A model generated the notes under the pieces. It did not search any database. It was not told the DNA's origin and saw only the letters and a program-made list of their open reading frames with translations. A stretch of 54,519 bases of DNA from Actinomycetaceae bacterium (GTDB lineage: Bacteria > Actinomycetota > Actinomycetes > Actinomycetales > Actinomycetaceae), in the NCBI GenBank assembly GCA_017934115.1, contig JAGBKC010000025.1, forward strand, positions 1-54,519, written 5' to 3'. Positions within the stretch are counted from its first letter, which is position 1. Each line of letters begins with the position of its first letter. Both the position numbers and the translations under genes were made by a program. Positions 10,510 to 18,869 of this stretch are shown piece by piece.

Positions 10510-11443
10510 ATGGAAAAAAGTGTGAGAAAATTACATCCTGTGGTGAAGTGGGCTGGCGGAAAAACTCAGCTTATTACTCAGATATCGAAGCGATATCCGC
10601 TCGAATTAGGTAAGAGTATCACCAAGTACGCTGAACCATTTGTTGGGGGGGGCAATCCTCTTTGATGTTTTAAGTTTATATGATCTTGATGAGGTCTATA
10701 TCAGTGATATTAACGGTGAACTCATTAATCTGTATTGTTGTATACGAGATAATGTAGATGAAATTATAAAAATTCTTAAAGAATATCAAGATGAATATAT
10801 ATACGCTGACACTGATGTTAGGGAAGAAATATTTTATGAAAAAAGAAATCACTACAATGAGCTTATAAAAAAAGGTTTCTCACATAATTCGATTGAATCA
10901 GCTGCCCTTTTTATTTTTCTTAATAGAACATGTTTTAACGGTTTATACCGAGTCAATAAAAAAGGTTTTTTTAATGTTCCTTGTGGTAAATACAAAAACC
11001 CTAAAATTTGCGATGAAAAAAATATAAGAGCCGTTTCGCATGCTTTGCAGCGTGTAACGATTGCATGTGGAGATTACCGTCAGTCTCTTGAGTTTATAGA
11101 TAAGAACACTTTTGTGTATATTGATCCTCCCTACCGGCCGTTGACTTTGACGTCGAACTTTACATCGTATGCAAAAAATGATTTTAATGACGATTCTCAA
11201 AAGGAATTGGCAGAATATGTCCACATTTTAAGGTCTAAAGGTGCAAAGGTCTTATTAAGTAATTCTGACCCGAAAAACGTTGATCCAAACGATGATTTCT
11301 TTGATTCATTGTATGCAGATTATCGAATCGAGCGTGTTGAAGCTAGCAGAATGATCAATTCTCGCGCAGATAAAAGAGGGCCGGTAAAAGAACTTCTTAT
11401 CTCTAATTATGAAGATGTAGCTGAAAGAGTTGAAGGTTGCTGA
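10510..11443 (+). pseudogene. Dam-class (D12, alpha) N6-adenine DNA methyltransferase, DpnM/M.MboIA-like, interrupted by a frameshift in a poly-G tract (possible phase-OFF state)
   Basis: The N-terminal piece (ATG 10510 after AGGTG) reads MEKSVRKLHPVVKWAGGKTQL...YAEPFVGGG and stops at 10663-10665. The remainder continues in another frame from the G-run to 11443: GGAILFDVL...FLNRTCFNGLYRVN...FVYIDPPYRPL. Together they make one full-length Dam-family enzyme. Confidence 0.85.
10645..10652 (+). repeat. Homopolymeric G8 tract inside motif I of the methyltransferase gene
   Basis: Counted directly: gtt GGGGGGGG caatcc. Either 7 or 10 G would restore a single reading frame. Confidence 0.95.
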
Positions 11444-11448
11444 GTGTC

Positions 11449-12309
11449 ATGAAGAGAGATTTTGATACATGGTTTGCATCTTTTAAAGGAAATATAGCAG
11501 ATTATAGTTATTACGTAGATTTTGATAAAGTGTATAAAAATGTTGATGATATGAAAATCGAGCTTCATATACTTAATTCTCTTATTGGTTCTGGAAATAT
11601 TGAAAAAGATTTTATAGATATTCTTCATCGCTACCCTGAAGTGCTGAGATGTATTCCTATTCTCTTAGCTGTGAGAAAGAAGGAAATACCCGTGACAGAT
11701 GAAAAAGGAGATCACGTATTTTCATTTCAAAAGTCAAAAAATACTGTCGATGAATATGTGCTTTTTATGAAACAAACAGGCTTGTTTGATCTTTTTGAAA
11801 AGCGAATCATTACTAATGTTGTCGATTATGTAACTGGAGTTGAAACAGGTTTAGATTCTAATGGTAGGAAGAATCGTGGCGGGCATTTAATGGAAAATCT
11901 TGTGGAAAGATACATCGTTTCTGCTGGTTTCATAAAATACAAAACCTACTTCAAAGAGATGTATATCCACGATATTGAAGAAAAATGGGCAGTTGATTTA
12001 TCTGCAATATCAAATGAAGGAAAAATGGAAAAGAGATTCGATTATGTGGTGAAAACTGACTCACAGATATATGTTGTTGAAACGAATTTCTATTCGAGTG
12101 GCGGTTCTAAATTGAATGAGACGGCGCGAAGCTATAAAACACTTGCTCAAGAAATTGCCACGATTAATGACCTTACTTTTGTGTGGTTTACGGATGGTAA
12201 GGGATGGAAACGAGCGAAGAATAATTTAGAAGAAACTTTTGATGTTATGGAGCATGTGTATAACATTCATGATTTGGCTTCTGGTGTTCTTAAAAAAGTA
12301 TGTGTGTGA
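11449..12309 (+). CDS. Type II restriction endonuclease, DpnII/MboI family (predicted GATC-specific)
   Basis: MKRDFDTWFASFKGNIADYSYYVDFDKVYKNV...LNSLIGS...DYVTGVETGLDSNGRKNRGGHLMENLVE resembles DpnII (DpnB)/R.MboI as I recall them, and the length is full. The track ORF begins at TTG 11437, overlapping the M1 stop. Confidence 0.82.
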   Translation: MKRDFDTWFASFKGNIADYSYYVDFDKVYKNVDDMKIELHILNSLIGSGNIEKDFIDILHRYPEVLRCIPILLAVRKKEIPVTDEKGDHVFSFQKSKNTVDEYVLFMKQTGLFDLFEKRIITNVVDYVTGVETGLDSNGRKNRGGHLMENLVERYIVSAGFIKYKTYFKEMYIHDIEEKWAVDLSAISNEGKMEKRFDYVVKTDSQIYVVETNFYSSGGSKLNETARSYKTLAQEIATINDLTFVWFTDGKGWKRAKNNLEETFDVMEHVYNIHDLASGVLKKVCV

Positions 12310-12334
12310 TGGATAGGTGTGAGGAGCTGAAAAG

Positions 12335-13084
12335 ATGAAGAGTAAAAAAATAGCACAATGGGAACCTGAAAATTTTGAACTTGAAATGACGACACATTGG
12401 TCTTTTCCACAGCGGGGAAGTTGGGCTACCCATGACGCAAAGTGGAGGGGGAATTGGTCTCCTTATATACCTCGTAATATTATTCTTCGATATTCTTCTG
12501 AAGGTGATCTTGTTTTAGATCAATTCGCAGGAGGCGGTACGACACTCGTTGAAGCGAAGCTGCTCAATAGGAATATTATCGGTGTAGATGTAAATGACGT
12601 GGCGCTAGATAGATGTAGAGAAAAAACTGATTTTGAGTATGAGAACGCTGACGGTAAAGTTTTTATTCGTAAGGGAGATGCGCGTCATCTAGATTTCATA
12701 GAAGATGAAAAAATTGACTTGATATGCACTCATCCGCCTTATGCTAATATCATCAAGTATAGTGATGGGTTGGAAGATGATTTATCTCAGTTGAAAGTTG
12801 ATGATTTTCTTAAAGAAATGAAAAAGGTTGCTTCTGAATCTTACCGTGTACTTAAAAGTGGAAAATATTGTGCCGTTCTTATGGGGGATACGAGAAAACA
12901 AGGGTACATGATCCCCATGTCATTTAGTGTTATGGACATTTTTCGTGATGCTGGTTTTACATTGAAAGAGCTTATTATCAAAGAGCAACACAATTGCAGG
13001 GCAACGGGATATTGGAAAACGAATAGTATCAAGTATAATTTTTTGCTTATTGCTCACGAATATTTGTTTGTTTTCAAAAAATAG
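12335..13084 (+). CDS. Second SAM-dependent (amino) methyltransferase of the R-M cluster; motif I precedes an HPPY catalytic motif
   Basis: 249 aa with LVLDQFAGGGTTLVEAKLLNRNIIGVDVN (motif I, aa 59-87) and DLICTHPPYANII (motif IV, aa 128-140; HPPY at nt 12731-12742). RBS GAGGAG lies upstream. Confidence 0.75.
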   Translation: MKSKKIAQWEPENFELEMTTHWSFPQRGSWATHDAKWRGNWSPYIPRNIILRYSSEGDLVLDQFAGGGTTLVEAKLLNRNIIGVDVNDVALDRCREKTDFEYENADGKVFIRKGDARHLDFIEDEKIDLICTHPPYANIIKYSDGLEDDLSQLKVDDFLKEMKKVASESYRVLKSGKYCAVLMGDTRKQGYMIPMSFSVMDIFRDAGFTLKELIIKEQHNCRATGYWKTNSIKYNFLLIAHEYLFVFKK

Positions 13085-13094
13085 AAGAGAATAT

Positions 13095-13132
13095 AAAGAT
13101 GGAGCGAAGAGTGTTGCTTCGCTCCATCTTTT
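13095..13132. terminator. Bidirectional terminator between the convergent methylase and adh genes
   Basis: AAAGATGGAGCGAAG (13095-13109) pairs with CTTCGCTCCATCTTT (13117-13131), giving a 12-bp GC-containing core, flanked by an A-run and a T-run. Confidence 0.75.
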
Positions 13133-13162
13133 AAGGAAAAGAATAAATTTCTACCCGTGAAA

Positions 13163-14215
13163 TTACTTAGTGAAATCTGTAATAACAGTTGTTCCCTTGA
13201 TGTCGTTACGTGTGAACTTGTCGTAAACATCAATGATGCCGCCGAGACTTGTTGTTTCTGTAACGAGCTGACCAGGTGTGAGCTTACCGGTTGCTACCTG
13301 GTTAAGGAGTAATGGGAATTCGCTACGTGGCATACCGAAAGAACCGCGATAGGAAATTTCGTTAGCGATAATGTCGTTAACATTGATCGGAATCTGACCG
13401 TCGTCGCCCATAGGTGTCATGCCGATCTGTACAGCGCGGCCTGTTGCCTTCACAGATGCAAGTGAGTTGTGAATCGTTTGGTTAAGGCCCAAAGCATCAA
13501 CTGACACATCTGCGCCGCCACCAGTAATATCCTTGATGAATTCTACTGGGTTGTCTTTAGCTGAATTGACAGTATGTACTGCGCCTTGGTTCTTTGCGAA
13601 CTCGAGAGCAGCATCGTTGACATCAACAGCAATAACATTTGCGCCTGCAGCTGTAGCGATTTGGATAGCAGAAAGGCCGACACCGCCCGAGCCGTAAACG
13701 GAGAGCCATTCACCAGGCTTTAATTCACCTACAGAAAGAACACCGTGATATGCAGTCATGAAACGGCAGCCCATGCCAGATGCTTGCTCGAATGGAATTT
13801 CATCTGGAAGCGGGATAAGGTTGAAATCTGCAGTTGGAATATGTGCATATTCTGCGAAACCGCCGTGATAGGTGAAACCAGGCATTTCTTGGTTAATGCA
13901 TTCGTTTGATTTGCCTTCTTGGCAGTATTGGCATGTGCCATCGCCGCATGTGAATGGAACGATAACGCGGTCGCCTGGCTTAACGTGCTTGACGTTTGCG
14001 CCAACTTCCTGAACGGTACCACTCATTTCGTGGCCACCAACCATTGGGAGAGGAGCGAGGAACCCAGTCCATTCTCCACGCCAGCCGTGCCAATCAGAAC
14101 GGCAGATACCGCAAGCTTCAACTTTGACGATTGCGCCATCTGGTGTGAGCTCTGGGTCTGGTACGTCGGTAACGTTAAGTGGTTTATTGAATTCTTCGAG
14201 GACAGCTGCCTTCAT
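13163..14215 (-). CDS. Zinc-dependent alcohol dehydrogenase (MDR family)
   Basis: 350 aa with GICRSDWH, GGHEMSG, the structural-zinc cysteines CGDGTCQYC and the NAD-binding GSGGVGL. Confidence 0.9.
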   Translation of the reverse strand: MKAAVLEEFNKPLNVTDVPDPELTPDGAIVKVEACGICRSDWHGWRGEWTGFLAPLPMVGGHEMSGTVQEVGANVKHVKPGDRVIVPFTCGDGTCQYCQEGKSNECINQEMPGFTYHGGFAEYAHIPTADFNLIPLPDEIPFEQASGMGCRFMTAYHGVLSVGELKPGEWLSVYGSGGVGLSAIQIATAAGANVIAVDVNDAALEFAKNQGAVHTVNSAKDNPVEFIKDITGGGADVSVDALGLNQTIHNSLASVKATGRAVQIGMTPMGDDGQIPINVNDIIANEISYRGSFGMPRSEFPLLLNQVATGKLTPGQLVTETTSLGGIIDVYDKFTRNDIKGTTVITDFTK

Positions 14216-14240
14216 AATTCATCCTATCTTTCACATGGGT

Positions 14241-14299
14241 AGTTCATCTGTGAACTGCCTTTTTATCGGACGCTTGTTATCATAACATCGAGATTATAA
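14241..14299 (-). promoter_or_regulatory. Putative adh promoter/operator region
   Basis: Read on the minus strand, the order is: palindromic ATTATAAT (contains TATAAT, about 14293-14300), the 13-bp palindrome TGTTATCATAACA (14275-14287), the inverted repeat AGTTCA-N4-TGAACT (14241-14256), then the RBS and ATG at 14215. Confidence 0.3.
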
Positions 14300-14514
14300 T
14301 GAAAGTGATTTTCGTTATAATGTTTACCTAAACATTACTTTATTGTTTTTTTACAGTAAAGAAATAATAGAGAAATAAGGTGATACTTAATGTAGATTTA
14401 AGAAAAACTTTACGGTAATAAAGTGAACTCGTGAGAAAATATAAAATATATGAAATGCGTTACAAAAAATAGTAAAAAAATCGTAAGATATCTACATAAA
14501 TAATGGAGTGCAGC

Positions 14515-14546
14515 AAAAAAGGCGAGAAATCATTCGATTTCCCGCC
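14515..14546 (-). terminator. Rho-independent terminator of the SDR gene
   Basis: On the minus strand, GGCGGGAAATC / loop GAAT / GATTTCTCGCC forms an 11-bp stem with one G.U pair (it would be an A.C mismatch on the plus strand). It is followed by T6 (the complement of A6 at 14515-14520). Confidence 0.6.
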
Positions 14547-14570
14547 TATGAATAAAGAATATTTTTTTTT

Positions 14571-15305
14571 TTACACAGCTGTATAGCCGCCATCAATGGA
14601 GATGGCTGCTCCTGTAATGAATTGTGCATCATCAGATGCTAAGAAAGTAATAAGCTTAGCAACTTCATCTGGCTCACCAAGGCGCTGTGCTGGGTGGAGA
14701 GGTGCGTAAATGCGTCGTGATTCCTCGTCAATGAGAGGAGTCTTAATGACGCCTGGGCACACGGCATTCACGCGAATATTTTCAGCAGCATACTTTGTTC
14801 CTGCAGCACGAGTTAAGTTGACGACGCCACCTTTAGAAGCAGAGTACACCACGTTATCAGGCACAGCACACAAACCGAACATAGATGCAAGGTTAATAAC
14901 ACTGCCGCCTTTACCTTGCTTGCGCATCTGCTCAATAACGTAACGATCAGTAAGCATGACACCCGTTAAGTCAACATCAAGAACTTTTTGCCAATTCTCA
15001 ATTGTTTCTTGGTCGATAGCATAGTTAGCGCCGCCAATTCCAGCGCAAGCAACAGCAATGTTGATTTCACCAAAAAGCTCCACAGCTTTTTCAACCATTG
15101 CTTTTACGTCGGTGTCGTTAGACACATTAACTTTATATGCCTGAGCGCCAATGGAGGCGGCAACGTCCTCAACAGAATCAGAATAATCAGCTATAAGAAC
15201 TTCAGCGCCATTTTCAATAAAAAGCTTCGCAGTAGCAAGTCCTAATCCTGAAGCACCGCCAGTAATGATAGCTTTTTTGCCTGTAAGGTTACCGATAGTG
15301 TACAT
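14571..15305 (-). CDS. Short-chain dehydrogenase/reductase (SDR family oxidoreductase)
   Basis: 244 aa with TGGASGLGLA (TGxxxGxG) and YSASKGG (YxxxK). Confidence 0.9.
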   Translation of the reverse strand: MYTIGNLTGKKAIITGGASGLGLATAKLFIENGAEVLIADYSDSVEDVAASIGAQAYKVNVSNDTDVKAMVEKAVELFGEINIAVACAGIGGANYAIDQETIENWQKVLDVDLTGVMLTDRYVIEQMRKQGKGGSVINLASMFGLCAVPDNVVYSASKGGVVNLTRAAGTKYAAENIRVNAVCPGVIKTPLIDEESRRIYAPLHPAQRLGEPDEVAKLITFLASDDAQFITGAAISIDGGYTAV

Positions 15306-15366
15306 ATGTGTTCCTAACGTTGATCAATGAAATAGATAGTGGTTTTCACCAGCATGTCCAATGATA

Positions 15367-15401
15367 TAAAAATGCTAAGTAAGCTACAGCTTACTTAGCA
15401 T
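15367..15401 (-). terminator. Rho-independent terminator of the acyl-CoA synthetase gene
   Basis: The 30-nt palindrome ATGCTAAGTAAGCT-AC-AGCTTACTTAGCAT (15372-15401) is followed on the minus strand by T5 (the complement of 15367-15371). Confidence 0.7.
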
Positions 15402-15438
15402 GTGAAGATGAAAAGGTATGTAAAAAGTAAAGAGCCAA

Positions 15439-17562
15439 TTATTCTTTTTCTTCTGCTGTGTCGTGCAAAGAAGTATCATCGTCAGATAGGGGCTCTTGTT
15501 GTTTATCGGTATTTTCGTTGTTTTTTGATAAAGCATGCAGATTTGTTTTGATTTTTTCACCAATGGGAGTATTCATCAAGTTTTCCGCACCTTCTTGCAA
15601 GGAAGATACTGTATTTTTTCTCCATGCATCGAAATCTTCAGTAGTTATATGGAATTTCTGCAGAAAATCTGAAATATTTTCTGTGTCGATGTTATGGTTT
15701 TTGCGCCACTCATCGATTTTTTCAGGGGTATATCCTTTATCTTGAATCCACTTATTGATCTGATCGTATGTAGCACCTGTTTGTTCAAGAAGAGAATTCT
15801 TGATTTTATTGATTTGTTCTGCAACATCGAGCGGAAGAATAGCATCTTTGCGCTGCCAAACATTATTCTTCAATTCATAATCGTAAATGAGAAGTTCCTT
15901 GACAGAACGACGAAGGACTTTACCAACTTGTGAACGAGGGAAATCGCCTTCAAGGTACATAATGGATGTTGGCATTGCATAATGAGGAAGTCGATCTTCA
16001 AGATAGGTGCGAATATCACCTAAAGTGACATGAGTATTTTCTTCGCAAATAACACTTGCAACAACAGATTCTCCATTGATTCCAGCTGTAATACCAATAA
16101 CGCATACATCTTTGATTCCATCCATAGGCCGAATTGCTTCTTCTACTTGTGTAGGGTAAATGTTAAAACCGCCGTTAATAATCATTTCTTTAGCGCGGTC
16201 TGCCATAACAAGGAAGTTATCATCCCAATAGCCCAGATCTCCTGTTCGTAACCAGCCGTTGTGGAAAGCTGCTTTTGTTTCTTCTTCGTTGTTGTAGTAA
16301 CCAGAAAAAACCTGTGGGCCTTTTACGAGGATTTCGCCTATTCCGTCTGTTTCTTCATCAAGATTATCGGGATTGGCAATCATAACTTGTGTTGATGACA
16401 CAGGGATGCCTAGGGTAGAAATACGTCGTTCAGTAGACATGGGGTTACCGGCAATGAGAGGCGAACATTCGCTCATACCGAAACCTTCTTGAAGGATACC
16501 TTGTGTTTCTTCTTCCCACATGTGGGCGATGTGTGGGTCAACAGCCATTGCCCCAATGAAAGAATATTTAATGCTGGTTAAATCGATGTTTTTGCCGCGT
16601 TTGCGCCCTTCTTGCGCTGCTTGGCTGATTCGTTGGCACATCGGTGGAACGCCTGGAAAAGCCGTCATATTGTGGCGTTTGTGTGCCGCTAAAAGATTGG
16701 CAACATCAAAGTTGGGTTGCAAAAGAATCGTTGCTGCAGTTTCAATGGCAATGCCGAAAGTTGCTGTTAAGCCAAAGGCGTGGAAGAGAGGCAGGACACC
16801 AGGAAATACTTCTTTACCTTTTTGAAGGCTGGGAAGCCATGCGATGCACTGACGGATGTTTGAGCCGATATTACGGTGTGAAAGCATGACCGCTTTTGGT
16901 GTTCCTGTTGTGCCGCCTGTGTGGATAAGAAGTGCGATGTCATCTAATTGTGGAGCATTGTCATGGAAAGAATGATCGAGTGGAACAACATCTTGTAGGG
17001 CATCATCAAAAGAAAGTGTTCCTGTAGGAACGGTTCCGCGCAACTTTTCTTTTTGTTTGCGTGCAGCATTGACAGGCAGCTTTAAAAGAAAACGTGTTTT
17101 TGTGGGCAGCTCGCGCGATAAATCAACAGACATGTAGGTGCGGTTATTCATGCCGTCTGTTGTTAATTTTTCAATCGTTTGTTCCCATGCGATAACAACA
17201 TGCGCACCGTGGGCCTGTAATTGTGCTTCAAGTTGTAATTTTGGTGCTAAAGGGTTGTGCTCGGCAACAGTAGCACCTAAAGAAAGTGCAGCATAGAAGG
17301 CGATAAGGTGTTGAGGGCAGTTTGGTAAAATAAGGGCAACCACATCACCGCGGCGTACACCGCAGTTGTAGAGAACAGTTTGTGCACGTCGAATGCGTTT
17401 GACAAGATTCTCATAGGTTTCAGTTTTTCCCAAAAAATCATAGGCAAGATTATGCGGGAAATTTTTTGCTGATGTAAAAATCGCTTTATCGATAGTTTGA
17501 GTTACTGGCTCAATTTCGCGTGGAACACCAGCTGGATAATATTGAAAATAGTCAGTATTCAT
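15439..17562 (-). CDS. Long-chain acyl-CoA synthetase (AMP-binding, FadD-like) with a repeat-containing C-terminal extension
   Basis: AMP-binding motif IHTGGTTGTPKAVMLSHRN. The start is chosen at MNTDYFQYYPAGVPREI (ATG 17562-17560, RBS AAGG), because the longer ORF to 17751 would overlap the 3' end of serA. Confidence 0.85.
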   Translation of the reverse strand: MNTDYFQYYPAGVPREIEPVTQTIDKAIFTSAKNFPHNLAYDFLGKTETYENLVKRIRRAQTVLYNCGVRRGDVVALILPNCPQHLIAFYAALSLGATVAEHNPLAPKLQLEAQLQAHGAHVVIAWEQTIEKLTTDGMNNRTYMSVDLSRELPTKTRFLLKLPVNAARKQKEKLRGTVPTGTLSFDDALQDVVPLDHSFHDNAPQLDDIALLIHTGGTTGTPKAVMLSHRNIGSNIRQCIAWLPSLQKGKEVFPGVLPLFHAFGLTATFGIAIETAATILLQPNFDVANLLAAHKRHNMTAFPGVPPMCQRISQAAQEGRKRGKNIDLTSIKYSFIGAMAVDPHIAHMWEEETQGILQEGFGMSECSPLIAGNPMSTERRISTLGIPVSSTQVMIANPDNLDEETDGIGEILVKGPQVFSGYYNNEEETKAAFHNGWLRTGDLGYWDDNFLVMADRAKEMIINGGFNIYPTQVEEAIRPMDGIKDVCVIGITAGINGESVVASVICEENTHVTLGDIRTYLEDRLPHYAMPTSIMYLEGDFPRSQVGKVLRRSVKELLIYDYELKNNVWQRKDAILPLDVAEQINKIKNSLLEQTGATYDQINKWIQDKGYTPEKIDEWRKNHNIDTENISDFLQKFHITTEDFDAWRKNTVSSLQEGAENLMNTPIGEKIKTNLHALSKNNENTDKQQEPLSDDDTSLHDTAEEKE

Positions 17563-17587
17563 AACCTTGCCTTGATTGTATGGAATG

Positions 17588-18799
17588 TTAGTTGTCTTTT
17601 TTAAGTACACGAACGCGAATGTTTTGCTCGCTTGATTCGAGAGTTGCAACAGCATCTTCGGGAAGTGACGAAGAAATATCGGTGACCATGTAACCAATTT
17701 CTCCTTCTGTTGCAAGGCTCTGGGTGTTGATATTTGCACCAGCATCAGCAAAAATGCGATTAACCTTTGCCAATGCGCCAGGAGTATTGCGATGTATCCA
17801 TGCGATGCGATATAAAGAATTTTTCGATGGAGCAGATTCGATATGTGGAATATTCACTGAAAGTTCAGTAGAACCTTTGCGCCAGTAAGCGAGCATCTTG
17901 CTTGCAACGAAATAGCCAATAGATTCTTGAGCTTCCAAAGTAGAACCACCGATATGTGGAGTCAGGATAACGTTATTTAACTCTGTTAATGGAGATTCGA
18001 AAGGCTCGCCATTAGCGTTCGGTTCTGATGGAAATACGTCAAATCCTGCGCCCGAAAGGCTGCCGTCTTTAAGTCGTTCGACAACTGCGTCTACATCAAC
18101 TAAAAAGCCGCGCGCTAAATTTAACAAAATGGCGCCTTTTTTCATTTTCATGACTTCGTCGCGCCCAAAGAATCCGTGATTAGATGGGCGTCCGTCGATG
18201 TGGATGGAAACGATATCAGCTTGTGGAAGTAATTCATCGAGGCTACGAACACGCTTAGCATTACCAATAGCCAATTTTTCGGCCACATCGTAGAAAATGA
18301 CGTGCATACCTAAAGCTTCAGCAATAACAGAAAGCTGAGTTCCAATAGAGCCATAACCAATGATGCCAAGAGTTTTACCGCGAACTTCGTGTGCACCTGA
18401 GGCAGATTTAAGCCATTTGTTGCTGTGCATATCGTGGTTGCGCTCTGGAAGATGGCGCGTTAAAGAAATCATTTCGCACACTGCTAATTCAACCACAGAA
18501 CGTGTATTGGAATAAGGTGCGTTAAAAACGGCGATACCGTGCTGTGCTGCAGCGTCTAAATCAACTTGATTTGTTCCAATGCAGTAACATCCGATAGCTC
18601 GCAATTGTGGGCATTGTTCGATAACTTCTTTGGTGATGTTAGTTTTCGATCGGATACCAACCATATCGAAACCTTGAAGAGCGTCAATAAGGTCTTTGCC
18701 TTGAAGTGCGCCTTTGATACGTACGACTTCAACACCTGCAGGTTCGAAAACTTTATTTGCACTTTCGTGCGGATTTTCAAGTAAAAGAATACGTGCCAT
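17588..18799 (-). CDS. serA: D-3-phosphoglycerate dehydrogenase
   Basis: 403 aa with the 2-hydroxyacid dehydrogenase fold (GIIGYGSIGTQ, ...TPHIGGST) and a C-terminal ACT-like segment. Confidence 0.88.
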   Translation of the reverse strand: MARILLLENPHESANKVFEPAGVEVVRIKGALQGKDLIDALQGFDMVGIRSKTNITKEVIEQCPQLRAIGCYCIGTNQVDLDAAAQHGIAVFNAPYSNTRSVVELAVCEMISLTRHLPERNHDMHSNKWLKSASGAHEVRGKTLGIIGYGSIGTQLSVIAEALGMHVIFYDVAEKLAIGNAKRVRSLDELLPQADIVSIHIDGRPSNHGFFGRDEVMKMKKGAILLNLARGFLVDVDAVVERLKDGSLSGAGFDVFPSEPNANGEPFESPLTELNNVILTPHIGGSTLEAQESIGYFVASKMLAYWRKGSTELSVNIPHIESAPSKNSLYRIAWIHRNTPGALAKVNRIFADAGANINTQSLATEGEIGYMVTDISSSLPEDAVATLESSEQNIRVRVLKKDN

Positions 18800-18869
18800 T
18801 CACATAACTATAATGTCTTTAAGCTGTAATATCCCAAAGAAAACTAAAAGTAGGTTAAATGTCAAACTT

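Noticed and set aside
10943-11628. Minus-strand ORFs of 93 and 73 aa inside the R-M genes (a further 63-aa ORF lies at 12841-13032)
   Set aside because: They are antisense to well-supported methylase and endonuclease genes. They lie in AT-rich sequence and their products are Ile/Lys/Phe-rich.
17563-17751. N-terminal extension of the acyl-CoA synthetase ORF (770-aa version)
   Set aside because: It would overlap the last ~55 codons of serA on the same strand. Homology starts at MNTDYFQYYPAG, which has its own RBS.
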